Source: Candidatus Obscuribacterales bacterium (lineage in GTDB: Bacteria > Cyanobacteriota > Vampirovibrionia > Obscuribacterales > Obscuribacteraceae). Taken from it: a stretch of 64,000 bases of DNA. The notes under the pieces are model-generated. The model had not been told where the DNA came from. It did not search any database and worked only from the letters and a program-made list of their open reading frames with translations. The position numbers were made by a program, and so were the translations under genes. Position 1 is the stretch's first letter. Every line of letters starts with the position of its first letter. Below are positions 35,966 through 44,963 of this stretch, piece after piece. The DNA is taken from the NCBI GenBank assembly GCA_965228855.1, contig CBDDIJ010000005.1:64001-128000 (forward strand). Direction: 5' to 3'.

Positions 35966-38900
35966 TCAATGAAATTTTGAAACATCAACAAGATCTCGCT
36001 TCTTCCTGTTACCGCGACCAAGTTTTAACGACATGGTATCAAACCACAAATAGAGATCCGGCAAGAGCAATAGCGTTAAAATGCTTGAGCTGATTAACCC
36101 GCCGATGACGACTGTGGCAAGTGGACGTTGCACCTCGGCGCCGGCCGATGAAGAAAACGCCATGGGGACGAAACCGAGACTAGCAACCAGAGCGGTCATC
36201 AGCACAGGTCGCAGTCTGGTCATTGCGCCTTCACGAACGGCAAGTTCTGTTTCCATCTTCGGCTTTAGCTTATTGATGTAGCTGACGAGGACGACACCGT
36301 TCAAAACAGCCACCCCCGAAAGAGCAATGAAGCCGATACCTGCGGAGATGGAAAACGGCATGCCGCGAGCGGCGAGAGCAAAAATTCCACCAACGATTGC
36401 AAATGGAATTCCGGTAAAAATCAGAAGAGCCTGACTGAACGATCCGAACGTCATGAATAGCAATACGAAGATCGAAACCAGGGCAATCGGCACCACCAGC
36501 AGTAGCATATTCGTGGCCCTGCGCAAATTCTCGAATTGCCCTCCCCAGGTTACATAATATCCCGATGGCAGCTTGATATTCTTGTCTATTTTGCCCTGCG
36601 CTTCCTGCACGAATGATCCCAGATCTCGGCCGCGGACGTTGAGTTCAACAACTATTCGCCGACGGCGATCCTCGCGAGAGATTTGAGCGGGACCATCTTG
36701 TACCTTTATGGAAGCAATTTCTGACAGAGGAATGCGTGCACCATTCGGCGCGGAGATGAGCAAGTTTTTCATCTGATTGAGATCATTGCCGGTTTCCTCG
36801 TTCAACCTGACCGTGAGGTCGAAGCGCTTCTCTCCCTCGTAAACTACGCCCGCATTTTTGCCTGCAACGATCGATTGCACTACGTTATTCACGTCTTCGA
36901 CATTTATACCGTAACGAGCAATAGCAGCCCGATTCGGTGTCACTATGAGTTGAGGCAGTCCGGAAACTTGCTCCACCTTAACATCGGCGGCACCCTTCAC
37001 TTTGCTCACGACTTTACTTATCTGCTCGGCCGTTTTCCTTAGCTCATCCATGTCATCGCCGAATACTTTAATTGCGACATCAGAACGAACGCCTGCGATC
37101 AACTCTGAGGTGCGAAGTTCAACTGGCTGCGAAAAGCTGAATACAGCCTGCGGAACACCAGATTCCAATTTCGCCTTCATACGAGAAATTAAGTCGTCTC
37201 TGTCGAAACTGTTGGGCAATTCGGATCGCGGTTTCAATCCGACGTAAATGTCAGCTGTTTCAACACCCATCGGATCGGTCGCGACTTCTGCCCTGCCGAT
37301 CTTTGAAACCACACGTGTAACTTCCGGAAAGGACTTGAGAATTTTTTCGGCGGCAGTTCCATTCGCGATTGATTGTGTCAGTGAAATACTGGGCAGTTGT
37401 TGCATTTGAACGGCAAGAGCGCCCTCATCGAGGCGAGGAATAAACTCAATACCCAGAAGAGGGAACGTCAGGAGGCTCATGAGCAAAACAGAAAAGGCGA
37501 CAGTAAATGTTTGAGCGCGAAATTTCATAACCACGCTGAGTGCTCGCGAGTAAAACTCGCGAAGAACGTGAACGACAACACTGTCCTCCTTCGAAACCGG
37601 CCCGGTCATAACGAAAGTGAGCATCGCCGGAACAAACGTCAAACTCAAAACCAGCGACCCGAGGAGTGCGAACACGATAGTAAGCGCCATCGGTTTGAAC
37701 ATCTTTCCTTCAACGCCGAAGAGACTCAAAATCGGCAAATATACAATCGCGATAATCGACACCGCGAAGACAACCGGTCTTCCAACCTCGATACACGCTT
37801 TTGTAATGATTTTACGGCGCTCCTCGAAGGGAACATCCGGATGAGCCTGGCTCAATCGCCGAACAGCATTTTCGACCACGACGACAGCGCCGTCTACAAT
37901 CAGACCGAAGTCAATCGCTCCTAAACTCATTAAGTTGCCGGAGACTTTGAACGCAGACATGCAAATAGCCGCAAACAGCATAGACAGCGGAATTACAGCG
38001 GCGACAAGCAGCGAGCCACGCCAGTTACCCAGCACCAAAAGCAATACCACGAGTACCAGCAAGGCACCCTCAATGAGATTAGTCTCAATCGTCTTTACTG
38101 TGCGATCGACCAGCTCAGACCGGTCGTAAAAAGGCACCAACTCAAGGTCTGACGGCAGAGACTTTTGAACTTGCGAGACTCTTTTCTTCACCCTCTCGAC
38201 TACGGCGCGCGAGTTTTCACCTTTCAGCATCATCACGATGCCGGCGACTATCTCTCCATTGCCGTCGGCAAGAACAGCCCCCTGACGGACTTCCGCTCCT
38301 TCAACGACATCGCCGACGTCACGTACGAATACGGGAACCCCTTCCTTCCCTGCCTTCACAACGATATTCTCGATCTGTGAAGCTGATTGAGTCAGTCCAA
38401 TTCCGCGCAAAACATATTGCTCGCCACCATGTTCGATGTAAGCACCACCAACGTTCTCGTTGTTGCTAACTACAGCATCGAGCACATCACGAAGAGTCAA
38501 TCCGTAAGCGAGCAAGCGCTGTGGGTCCAGGCGAATCTGATACTGCTTTTTCTGACCGCCGTAGCTGTTTACTTCTGCGACTCCAGGAACGCCCATGAGT
38601 TGCCGGCGAACGTTCCAATCCTGATCCGTCCGCAAATCGAGCGTATTCCGAGACAAGCCCTTCTTGCTGCGTATCTGATATTGATAAATCTCGCCGAGAC
38701 CGGTAGATATTGGACCCATCTCGGGTTTGCCGATGCTTTCAGGAATTTGTTCGCGCACCTTTGTCAGTCGCTCCAGCACCAGTTGTCTCGCGAAATAAGT
38801 ATCGACATTCTCATTGAAGACAACCGTGACGACGGACAAACCGAATTTCGAAACTGAGCGAACATCCGTCACACCGGGCAAACCACTAATTGCGATCTCA

Positions 38901-39106
38901 ACTGGAAAGGTTACCTGGCGCTCTATCTCCAGAGGCGCAAGGGCGGGCGCTGACGTAATCACTTGCACCTGGACGTTAGTTATGTCCGGAACAGCATCAA
39001 TCGGCAGATTTTTCAGGGATAACAATCCTGCCACCGCCATCAGTGCGACCAATAACAGTACGAGAAATCGTCGGCGGATAGAAAGTTTGATGATATTCTC
39101 GATCAT
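35966..39106 (-). CDS. czcA: Heavy-metal efflux RND permease, CzcA-type
   Basis: LPIDAVPDITNVQV, TM4 MSLGAIDFGLIVDGAVVVVEN (DFG..D..E of divalent-cation HME pumps), RLRPVLMTA, GAEVQRPLA. Confidence 0.93.
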   Translation of the reverse strand: MIENIIKLSIRRRFLVLLLVALMAVAGLLSLKNLPIDAVPDITNVQVQVITSAPALAPLEIERQVTFPVEIAISGLPGVTDVRSVSKFGLSVVTVVFNENVDTYFARQLVLERLTKVREQIPESIGKPEMGPISTGLGEIYQYQIRSKKGLSRNTLDLRTDQDWNVRRQLMGVPGVAEVNSYGGQKKQYQIRLDPQRLLAYGLTLRDVLDAVVSNNENVGGAYIEHGGEQYVLRGIGLTQSASQIENIVVKAGKEGVPVFVRDVGDVVEGAEVRQGAVLADGNGEIVAGIVMMLKGENSRAVVERVKKRVSQVQKSLPSDLELVPFYDRSELVDRTVKTIETNLIEGALLVLVVLLLVLGNWRGSLLVAAVIPLSMLFAAICMSAFKVSGNLMSLGAIDFGLIVDGAVVVVENAVRRLSQAHPDVPFEERRKIITKACIEVGRPVVFAVSIIAIVYLPILSLFGVEGKMFKPMALTIVFALLGSLVLSLTFVPAMLTFVMTGPVSKEDSVVVHVLREFYSRALSVVMKFRAQTFTVAFSVLLMSLLTFPLLGIEFIPRLDEGALAVQMQQLPSISLTQSIANGTAAEKILKSFPEVTRVVSKIGRAEVATDPMGVETADIYVGLKPRSELPNSFDRDDLISRMKAKLESGVPQAVFSFSQPVELRTSELIAGVRSDVAIKVFGDDMDELRKTAEQISKVVSKVKGAADVKVEQVSGLPQLIVTPNRAAIARYGINVEDVNNVVQSIVAGKNAGVVYEGEKRFDLTVRLNEETGNDLNQMKNLLISAPNGARIPLSEIASIKVQDGPAQISREDRRRRIVVELNVRGRDLGSFVQEAQGKIDKNIKLPSGYYVTWGGQFENLRRATNMLLLVVPIALVSIFVLLFMTFGSFSQALLIFTGIPFAIVGGIFALAARGMPFSISAGIGFIALSGVAVLNGVVLVSYINKLKPKMETELAVREGAMTRLRPVLMTALVASLGFVPMAFSSSAGAEVQRPLATVVIGGLISSSILTLLLLPDLYLWFDTMSLKLGRGNRKKRDLVDVSKFH

Positions 39107-40497
39107 CAGTTTTCTCCCAATTGATTTTTCAATAGTTTTGATTTCAGCAAAAATGCTCCTTTGGTGGCGATCCGTTCGCCGCTACTCAAGCCACTTTTGA
39201 TCGCTACGAGGGTTCCATATTGTTTTCCGGCCACAACATCGCGTGGTTCAAAATCGCTCTTGCTCTTCTCGACGAAAACAACCGAGCGATCGCCAACTGT
39301 TTGAATAGATTCCGAGGGGACGAAAGTCCCGGAGACTGTTCCTGCGGGGCTAAAAGCAACCTCGACGAACGAACCAACTTTGACTTTATTATCATCGTTG
39401 TCGATCTCGACACGCACTCTGCCGGTGCGCGTGTCCTCGTTTAATCGTGGGTCAATGTAGTTGACCTTGCCTTCTAAAGTCAGCCCGTCAAAACTGATTC
39501 GGGCAGGCATCCCCAACGTGATGCTGCTTATTTTACCTTCGGGAACACTGGCAATTACCCATAATCGTTTTGTATTCGCGATGGTCAGAAGCGGTTTATT
39601 TGCTTCGAAACCGGCTCCGGGGTTAGCTAATCTCTCGATGACAGTGCCGCTTATAGGCGCATGCAACTCAATTGCGGAGATGTCGTGGTGTCTGCCATTC
39701 GATTCATTAGGAAGAGGCGCATCCAGAGCGCGCAGTTCGTCCTCAATGTGTTCCACTTCGGTTTGCGCTGTACTCAGCGCTGCGCGTGCCTCAGCGACCT
39801 CGCGGTTCAGCGAGATGTCCTTTTGGAAGTTGAAGTCCGCCTTTGCACGCTCGTATTCAGCTTCAGCTGCAACCAGATCCTTGCGCGCGCTCAGTCCCTC
39901 ATTGACCAGTTGGCTGATACGAGTCAGCGAAGCCTCGGTTTCCTCGAGCGTCGCTTTCGACTTCAGCAGAGCGACCTTGTTGGCCGATTGGGTCACGCGC
40001 TCCATGTTCTGCCTTGCCAATTTTGCACGCGTGTTGGCTTCGTGAAGTTTACCGTGCAACTCCGCAACTTGCGGACTGTCGATTGTCACCAGCAAGTCAC
40101 CTTTGCGCACCTGGTCACCAAGCGCAACAGCAATTCGACCAACGCGACCGGAAACAAGTGGTGTTATCTGCTGCAGTTGCTCTTGATTCGGCTCAACCAC
40201 GCCAGGTATCACGATATCAGCTGCTGGCGCAGTAGCCATCGCGGGAAGCGCTTTCACACCCGAAGCGATGCGCGTCTGAGCATCAAGCGAAATTAGACTT
40301 GAAGCCACCGCTTCTGGCAGAGAAACCGTTTCCGACGCTCCCGGCTCCGGTTCTTTCTGGCTCTGCAGATTCTGCCATAAGAACAAGGTGGCCAAGGCGC
40401 AGAGCAAGACGACACCAGCGGTGATTGCCCAACTTCTCGAAGTCTGGGTTCCATCGACGGAGCCACGATAGTTTTGAACTTGATTTGGAGCCAGCAC
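39106..40497 (-). CDS. czcB: RND efflux periplasmic adaptor (CzcB-like)
   Basis: N-terminal TM, lipoyl half-motifs (SGRV...GDQVRKGD; APISGTV), TRT..VRV, GL..GERI; SD AGAAAGGAG; abuts czcA. Confidence 0.88.
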   Translation of the reverse strand: MLAPNQVQNYRGSVDGTQTSRSWAITAGVVLLCALATLFLWQNLQSQKEPEPGASETVSLPEAVASSLISLDAQTRIASGVKALPAMATAPAADIVIPGVVEPNQEQLQQITPLVSGRVGRIAVALGDQVRKGDLLVTIDSPQVAELHGKLHEANTRAKLARQNMERVTQSANKVALLKSKATLEETEASLTRISQLVNEGLSARKDLVAAEAEYERAKADFNFQKDISLNREVAEARAALSTAQTEVEHIEDELRALDAPLPNESNGRHHDISAIELHAPISGTVIERLANPGAGFEANKPLLTIANTKRLWVIASVPEGKISSITLGMPARISFDGLTLEGKVNYIDPRLNEDTRTGRVRVEIDNDDNKVKVGSFVEVAFSPAGTVSGTFVPSESIQTVGDRSVVFVEKSKSDFEPRDVVAGKQYGTLVAIKSGLSSGERIATKGAFLLKSKLLKNQLGEN

Positions 40498-40571
40498 AAC
40501 AGCTCTCCTTTCTGATTAGAGACGACAAAAAAAATCGCAAGCGAATGACGCTCGCGAATAGATTCGCGTTT

Positions 40572-40976
40572 CTAGGTCAAAAGGAGTTGGTGTGAGGCAA
40601 CTAGAGTGGAAACTTTTAATGGAGGAGGAGGCGCGCGGGTGCCCTTCACCGCTCCCACATAGTCGGGAATGCGAGCGTAGCCGGCTTCTGGTTGGTAATG
40701 AACTGCAACCACGTCGCAATCGAAAAGGTAAACCGCAGGTGATACCACACTGGAATTTTGGGCGGAACAGCATGTGCTCGAATGCCCGCAGTCCGCGCAA
40801 GTGTCGCCCGAATCGCGAGGAGATAGGTCGATTGCTTGAGACTGGTAACCATTTCCAGTTTGAACATTCTGTTTATAAACATGCGCGACAATCTTCGGAC
40901 ACACGCATGCCGACCCGTTTGTCGCGAGCCACGACAAAACGAACATCAACATTACGACTATGGTTTTGGTTTTCAT
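40572..40976 (-). CDS. Exported Cys/His-rich leader protein with RAPP motif (DUF2946/CruR/CutF-like)
   Basis: Signal peptide MKTKTIVVMLMFVLSWLATNGSA, CVC, CADCGHSSTCC, GTRAPPPP near the C-terminus; 74 nt upstream of czcB. Confidence 0.75.
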   Translation of the reverse strand: MKTKTIVVMLMFVLSWLATNGSACVCPKIVAHVYKQNVQTGNGYQSQAIDLSPRDSGDTCADCGHSSTCCSAQNSSVVSPAVYLFDCDVVAVHYQPEAGYARIPDYVGAVKGTRAPPPPLKVSTLVASHQLLLT

Positions 40977-41131
40977 TTCCGGGAAGATTGGCTCTACATC
41001 TTGATTCATAGCAGATAACTCACAAGCTCGCAACTTCTTTCCGGTAAAAGTTGTGAGCCAGCCGAAACGAAATACCTCATGGATCCCCCTGATGGTAAAA
41101 GGTAATCACCAGTCATAGTCGCAAGGCATCC

Positions 41132-41147
41132 TTGCGTATTTACGCAA
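41132..41147. promoter_or_regulatory. Candidate operator (7-2-7 inverted repeat) upstream of the leader-czcBA unit
   Basis: TTGCGTA-TT-TACGCAA. Confidence 0.4.
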
Positions 41148-41253
41148 ACGCATCGGCGCACTTACACATTCAGTCGCGATTAAGCGTAAGGCACAATGAT
41201 TGCATCGGGACTAACCAACCGGTACCAACCTCCTAAAACCACACAACTGCTCA

Positions 41254-41290
41254 CCGCGTCTCTAAAAACTAACCGCCTTTAGAGACGCGG
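41254..41290. terminator. 13-bp stem-loop, possibly terminating the oxidoreductase transcript
   Basis: CCGCGTCTCTAAA...TTTAGAGACGCGG. Confidence 0.45.
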
Positions 41291-41536
41291 AAATCAGAAG
41301 CCCAATAGAGAACCTAGAGGCTTCGTTCTACGAACCACTACGATTCCCGGAAATCATACGAATTCTGGAATCATTGGAATCCCGGAAACAATCGGAACCC
41401 CTTAAGAATTAACGAGCAACCTCGCTAATCTTAGTTTCTATATATCGAACGACTTTCTATTCTCCACCCACTCACCATGTTCGATACCAGCATCGACGGA
41501 AGGATCAGACTGCAGCAGAGATAAGAGTGACTCGAC

Positions 41537-42496
41537 TCAATTGAGGAGTATTGAGCACTTGATTGCGTCGAGCACTCTCATCTGCTTCAGAGCGTCCTCA
41601 ACATCGAATTCAAGACTGGTATCATTTAAAGCCGCGTTCGAAAAATGATCAAACAGATTGAGATAGTGATTTGCCGCCGGCAACACTATCTCTTCTTCAT
41701 TCAGGAAGATCGAAGCTGTTTCATGGGGCTGCCAGGCCCGCGGGAAATAGATGCGGCCTTTCTCTCCCACAACCTCCAGATCTGTTCGATAAGGGAGATG
41801 ATAACCGGCATCAAAAAGAGCCCGTCCGGATGAAAATTCCATGATGCCACTAATATTGGTATCAACGTCCAGCTCTGCGTGAATGTCTCCACGCGCAAAA
41901 ACATTAGTGGGCTCCTCCGCAAAATAGTATCGCGCCGCACTGACCGGATAGCATCCGACGTCGAGCAAACAGCCGCCTCCAAGCTCTTTGTCCAGCCGAA
42001 TGCCTGTTTTGGCAGTCAGCAGGTAGGTGAATGAAGAACGCACCAGTCTAACTTTTCCGATTGCATCCTGGGCAATTAACTCTTTCGCTTTGCGATGCTG
42101 TGGATGAAACGGCCACATCATCGCCTCCATGACTTTCAGACCGGTACGAACAACCTCTGCCTTAACTCTGAGTAAATCGGTAACGTTAGTCGCAAAAGGT
42201 TTTTCAACTAAAACGTGCTTGCCTTTTTCCATCGCTTTGATCGCCCATTGGCAATGCATTGAATTCGGCAAGGGAATATGAACAGCCTCGATGTCAGGGT
42301 CGTCGAGCATGTGATCGTAAGAGTCATAAATTTCAGGCAGTGAAAACTGCTCGGCAAATTTTTCAGACTTCTCGCGCGTTCGGCTTGCAACTCCGAGAAG
42401 TTCCACAACAGGGGAAAGCATCATCGCCGGAATACTGCGCCGTCGCGCAAATCCTGAGCCGCCGAGCACTCCCCATTTCAACCGCCGCATAATCAA
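41537..42496 (-). CDS. Gfo/Idh/MocA-family NAD(P)-dependent oxidoreductase
   Basis: WGVLG, IPLPN..H, GKHVLVEKP, GGGCLLDVGCY. Confidence 0.92.
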   Translation of the reverse strand: MIMRRLKWGVLGGSGFARRRSIPAMMLSPVVELLGVASRTREKSEKFAEQFSLPEIYDSYDHMLDDPDIEAVHIPLPNSMHCQWAIKAMEKGKHVLVEKPFATNVTDLLRVKAEVVRTGLKVMEAMMWPFHPQHRKAKELIAQDAIGKVRLVRSSFTYLLTAKTGIRLDKELGGGCLLDVGCYPVSAARYYFAEEPTNVFARGDIHAELDVDTNISGIMEFSSGRALFDAGYHLPYRTDLEVVGEKGRIYFPRAWQPHETASIFLNEEEIVLPAANHYLNLFDHFSNAALNDTSLEFDVEDALKQMRVLDAIKCSILLN

Positions 42497-42634
42497 CCAC
42501 CTGCGTTCCGAAGCAGAAGAAAGTCTAGCGTAACGAAAGAGTAGCGTAAATGAAGGCGAAAAAAGAAAGTCTGGTCTGAAAGCAACTCCGCCAGCTTCGC
42601 CCCCGCCAACTCTCTTCGCGACACTTTAGTTTAC

Positions 42635-42775
42635 TTCCCCTAATAGGGGAAACGATTTCACAAGGTTTCGGAGGGTTCCGGGCTGAACATCGAAATGCCA
42701 ATCACCCGAATCCAGCTAGAATCAATCAGTTACAGGGTTTCAAATAATCACATCTCAGTTCCCCTATTGAGGGAT
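42635..42775. promoter_or_regulatory. Two related 17-bp palindromic sites in a divergent promoter region
   Basis: TTCCCCTA-A-TAGGGGAA (42635-42651) and TTCCCCTATTGAGGGAT (42759-42775). Confidence 0.5.
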
Positions 42776-42849
42776 ACGTTTTAAGGAGTGAAAAAGAGGT
42801 AATACGGTCCCCTTCATGTCGTTTCTTTTATCGTGCACTACAATGAAAA

Positions 42850-43977
42850 ATGCGACTTTACTCATTCGATTCAGAGGTCATTTTGATTTCGCAAATCAAA
42901 GCAAGAAAGCTGGTTGCATCAGGCGCGATCACTGTTTTTTCCGCCGCAGTTGCGCTCACCTGCGACGTCGCGCGGGCACAGATCCTGATGGACGGCAAGG
43001 AGATCTCTCAAGGCGCTTACGACGCATTTAATGCTGGACGCAACTTTCTTCATTCCAACAATAATGCAGACGCGGTTGAATCACTTCGGAAAGCTTCCGA
43101 GCTGGCACCAGATAACGCGGACATCCATCATATGTACGCAGTCGCGCTGGCAAAAACAGGTCAATCAGTCGCAGCTATCAATGAGCTCAGGACCGCGCTA
43201 AACTTGAATTCTAATCTTGCCGCAACTTGGGTTACGCTTGGCGGGCTCTACCAATCAACCGGTCAGCTAGATAAGTCGATCGAAACGTTTCGAACTTACC
43301 TGAGTCGCTTTCCGGCAGACCGCGATGCGAAGAAAATAGCAAGCTTGGTTTCGGGGCTTGAAGGCGAGCGTGCAAAGATGATCGCGACATACGGTCAAGC
43401 TGGTCAGCCGCAAGTGAGTGAAACGGATTACTACGTTGAAGTCACTCGCGAAGGGATTATCCGATGGCAGCCGGCGCAGATGCCGCTCAAAGTTTATGTC
43501 ACACCGGGCGACTCTGTGCCAGGTTTTCGACCGCAGTTCGCGGATATTTTGAAACAGTCGTTCGCAGCCTGGAGTCAGGCTTCCAACGGTCTAGTCTCAT
43601 TCGCGCTGGTAGATCGGCCGGAGCAAGCACAAATAATTTGTCAGTGGTCGGATGATCCGAACAAATTTAAAAACATCGCAGAAGCAGGTCATGCGGTGCT
43701 CGATTCGTCGACGAAAACCGGTCTGGTGCGCGGCACGATCACGTTTCTAACGGTTCCACTGGTAGAGCAAAATCCAGTCACGGATAATCGTATGCGACGC
43801 ACCTGCCTGCACGAAATCGGTCACGTGCTAGGACTTGCCGGACATACGGCCAATCCCGACGATGCCATGTTTCACACAATGGGCGTAGCAGACACCTGGA
43901 AAGATCTGACCCAACGCGATGCAAATACTATCGTCAGACTGTACACTCTTAGCTCGGAACAACGCGCCAGCCGCTGA
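42850..43977 (+). CDS. Exported TPR + matrixin-family (metzincin) metalloprotease
   Basis: Signal-like segment, about three TPRs, HEIGHVLGLAGH zinc motif and Met-turn DAMF. Confidence 0.85.
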   Translation: MRLYSFDSEVILISQIKARKLVASGAITVFSAAVALTCDVARAQILMDGKEISQGAYDAFNAGRNFLHSNNNADAVESLRKASELAPDNADIHHMYAVALAKTGQSVAAINELRTALNLNSNLAATWVTLGGLYQSTGQLDKSIETFRTYLSRFPADRDAKKIASLVSGLEGERAKMIATYGQAGQPQVSETDYYVEVTREGIIRWQPAQMPLKVYVTPGDSVPGFRPQFADILKQSFAAWSQASNGLVSFALVDRPEQAQIICQWSDDPNKFKNIAEAGHAVLDSSTKTGLVRGTITFLTVPLVEQNPVTDNRMRRTCLHEIGHVLGLAGHTANPDDAMFHTMGVADTWKDLTQRDANTIVRLYTLSSEQRASR

Positions 43978-44071
43978 ATATGGTTGCGTATGTGGTGTCA
44001 AACGATGGCACTGCAGTCTATTTAAGTGGGCATTGCGGATTTGAAATGAGCGAGGCTGATTCTACATTCGC

Positions 44072-44731
44072 TCAGTTGCTGCGTGGCTCGGGACGAGGCT
44101 TTTGCCAGTGTCGCATAACTTCGGGGAAATCAACCTTGTCGCGCTCGCGAAATGGGTTTAAACCCATTCGCGTCACGAGTGAGTCACCGTCTCTGTTAAT
44201 CTCCTCGAAATTTCTACGCAGATATCTGGCGCCCAGTTCAACAACAGGTTCGCGACCTCCTCTATAAGGACCATTGGAATTTACATATGCGGGCTTGTCT
44301 ATGAATCGATCGAGATACTCGCGCGTGTAGTTAGCTCCACCTCGCCCATGCACAAACAGCATCATCAGACCGGGAAGCACGCCCCGCCGGTCCAGAGCTT
44401 CGTAGACACCTTCCATGTTTGGATGCCCTCGAAGCGCCCCCCAACCTGCGAGCGTCTGGTTTAGCAGGTGATATTTCTGCCCGACGTCATCACTGCCATC
44501 CGCCCAGGCAGTTACAGTTTCCTTCGCAAGCCTCGTCGCATCCTCTTCGTAAAGCTCCGCAAGAAGCTGTCCGGACAAGGGGAATTCGAGGTTATCTCCA
44601 ACCGACCTCACCATGTAATCGGGCAGTAAGCTTTCCAACGGAATGTTCTGACGCAACAACGGATCCGGGAAAAGACGATCCTCATCACTGCGCATTTGAC
44701 GGATTTCTTCAGCACTCAGCCTTCTTTCCAC
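44072..44731 (-). CDS. Hypothetical protein
   Basis: 219-aa ORF with SD GAGGTG before GTG; no family recognised. Confidence 0.55.
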   Translation of the reverse strand: MERRLSAEEIRQMRSDEDRLFPDPLLRQNIPLESLLPDYMVRSVGDNLEFPLSGQLLAELYEEDATRLAKETVTAWADGSDDVGQKYHLLNQTLAGWGALRGHPNMEGVYEALDRRGVLPGLMMLFVHGRGGANYTREYLDRFIDKPAYVNSNGPYRGGREPVVELGARYLRRNFEEINRDGDSLVTRMGLNPFRERDKVDFPEVMRHWQKPRPEPRSN

Positions 44732-44963
44732 GGTTACACCTCAAGAGAAACGACGACTCATTGTGTTTGAGCAACGGCAACCTATGTGCAACTGAAACAG
44801 TTCGAGGTCCGCAAACTAAACATACTGGTGCCAAAGAGCGCAAAAATGCCAAGAGGTGTTACAGCCAGAATAAGATGTTTTAAATGTAAAGCACCCGAAC
44901 CCCGGATGTGCCCTTAAACTGTTATCTGCACAGAAGCGTTCGGCGTTTACTGGAAGAGGCATT

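Noticed and set aside
40977..41300. NiCo (czcD) or other riboswitch upstream of czcBA
   Set aside because: I could not fit the four-way junction by eye; an Rfam scan is needed.
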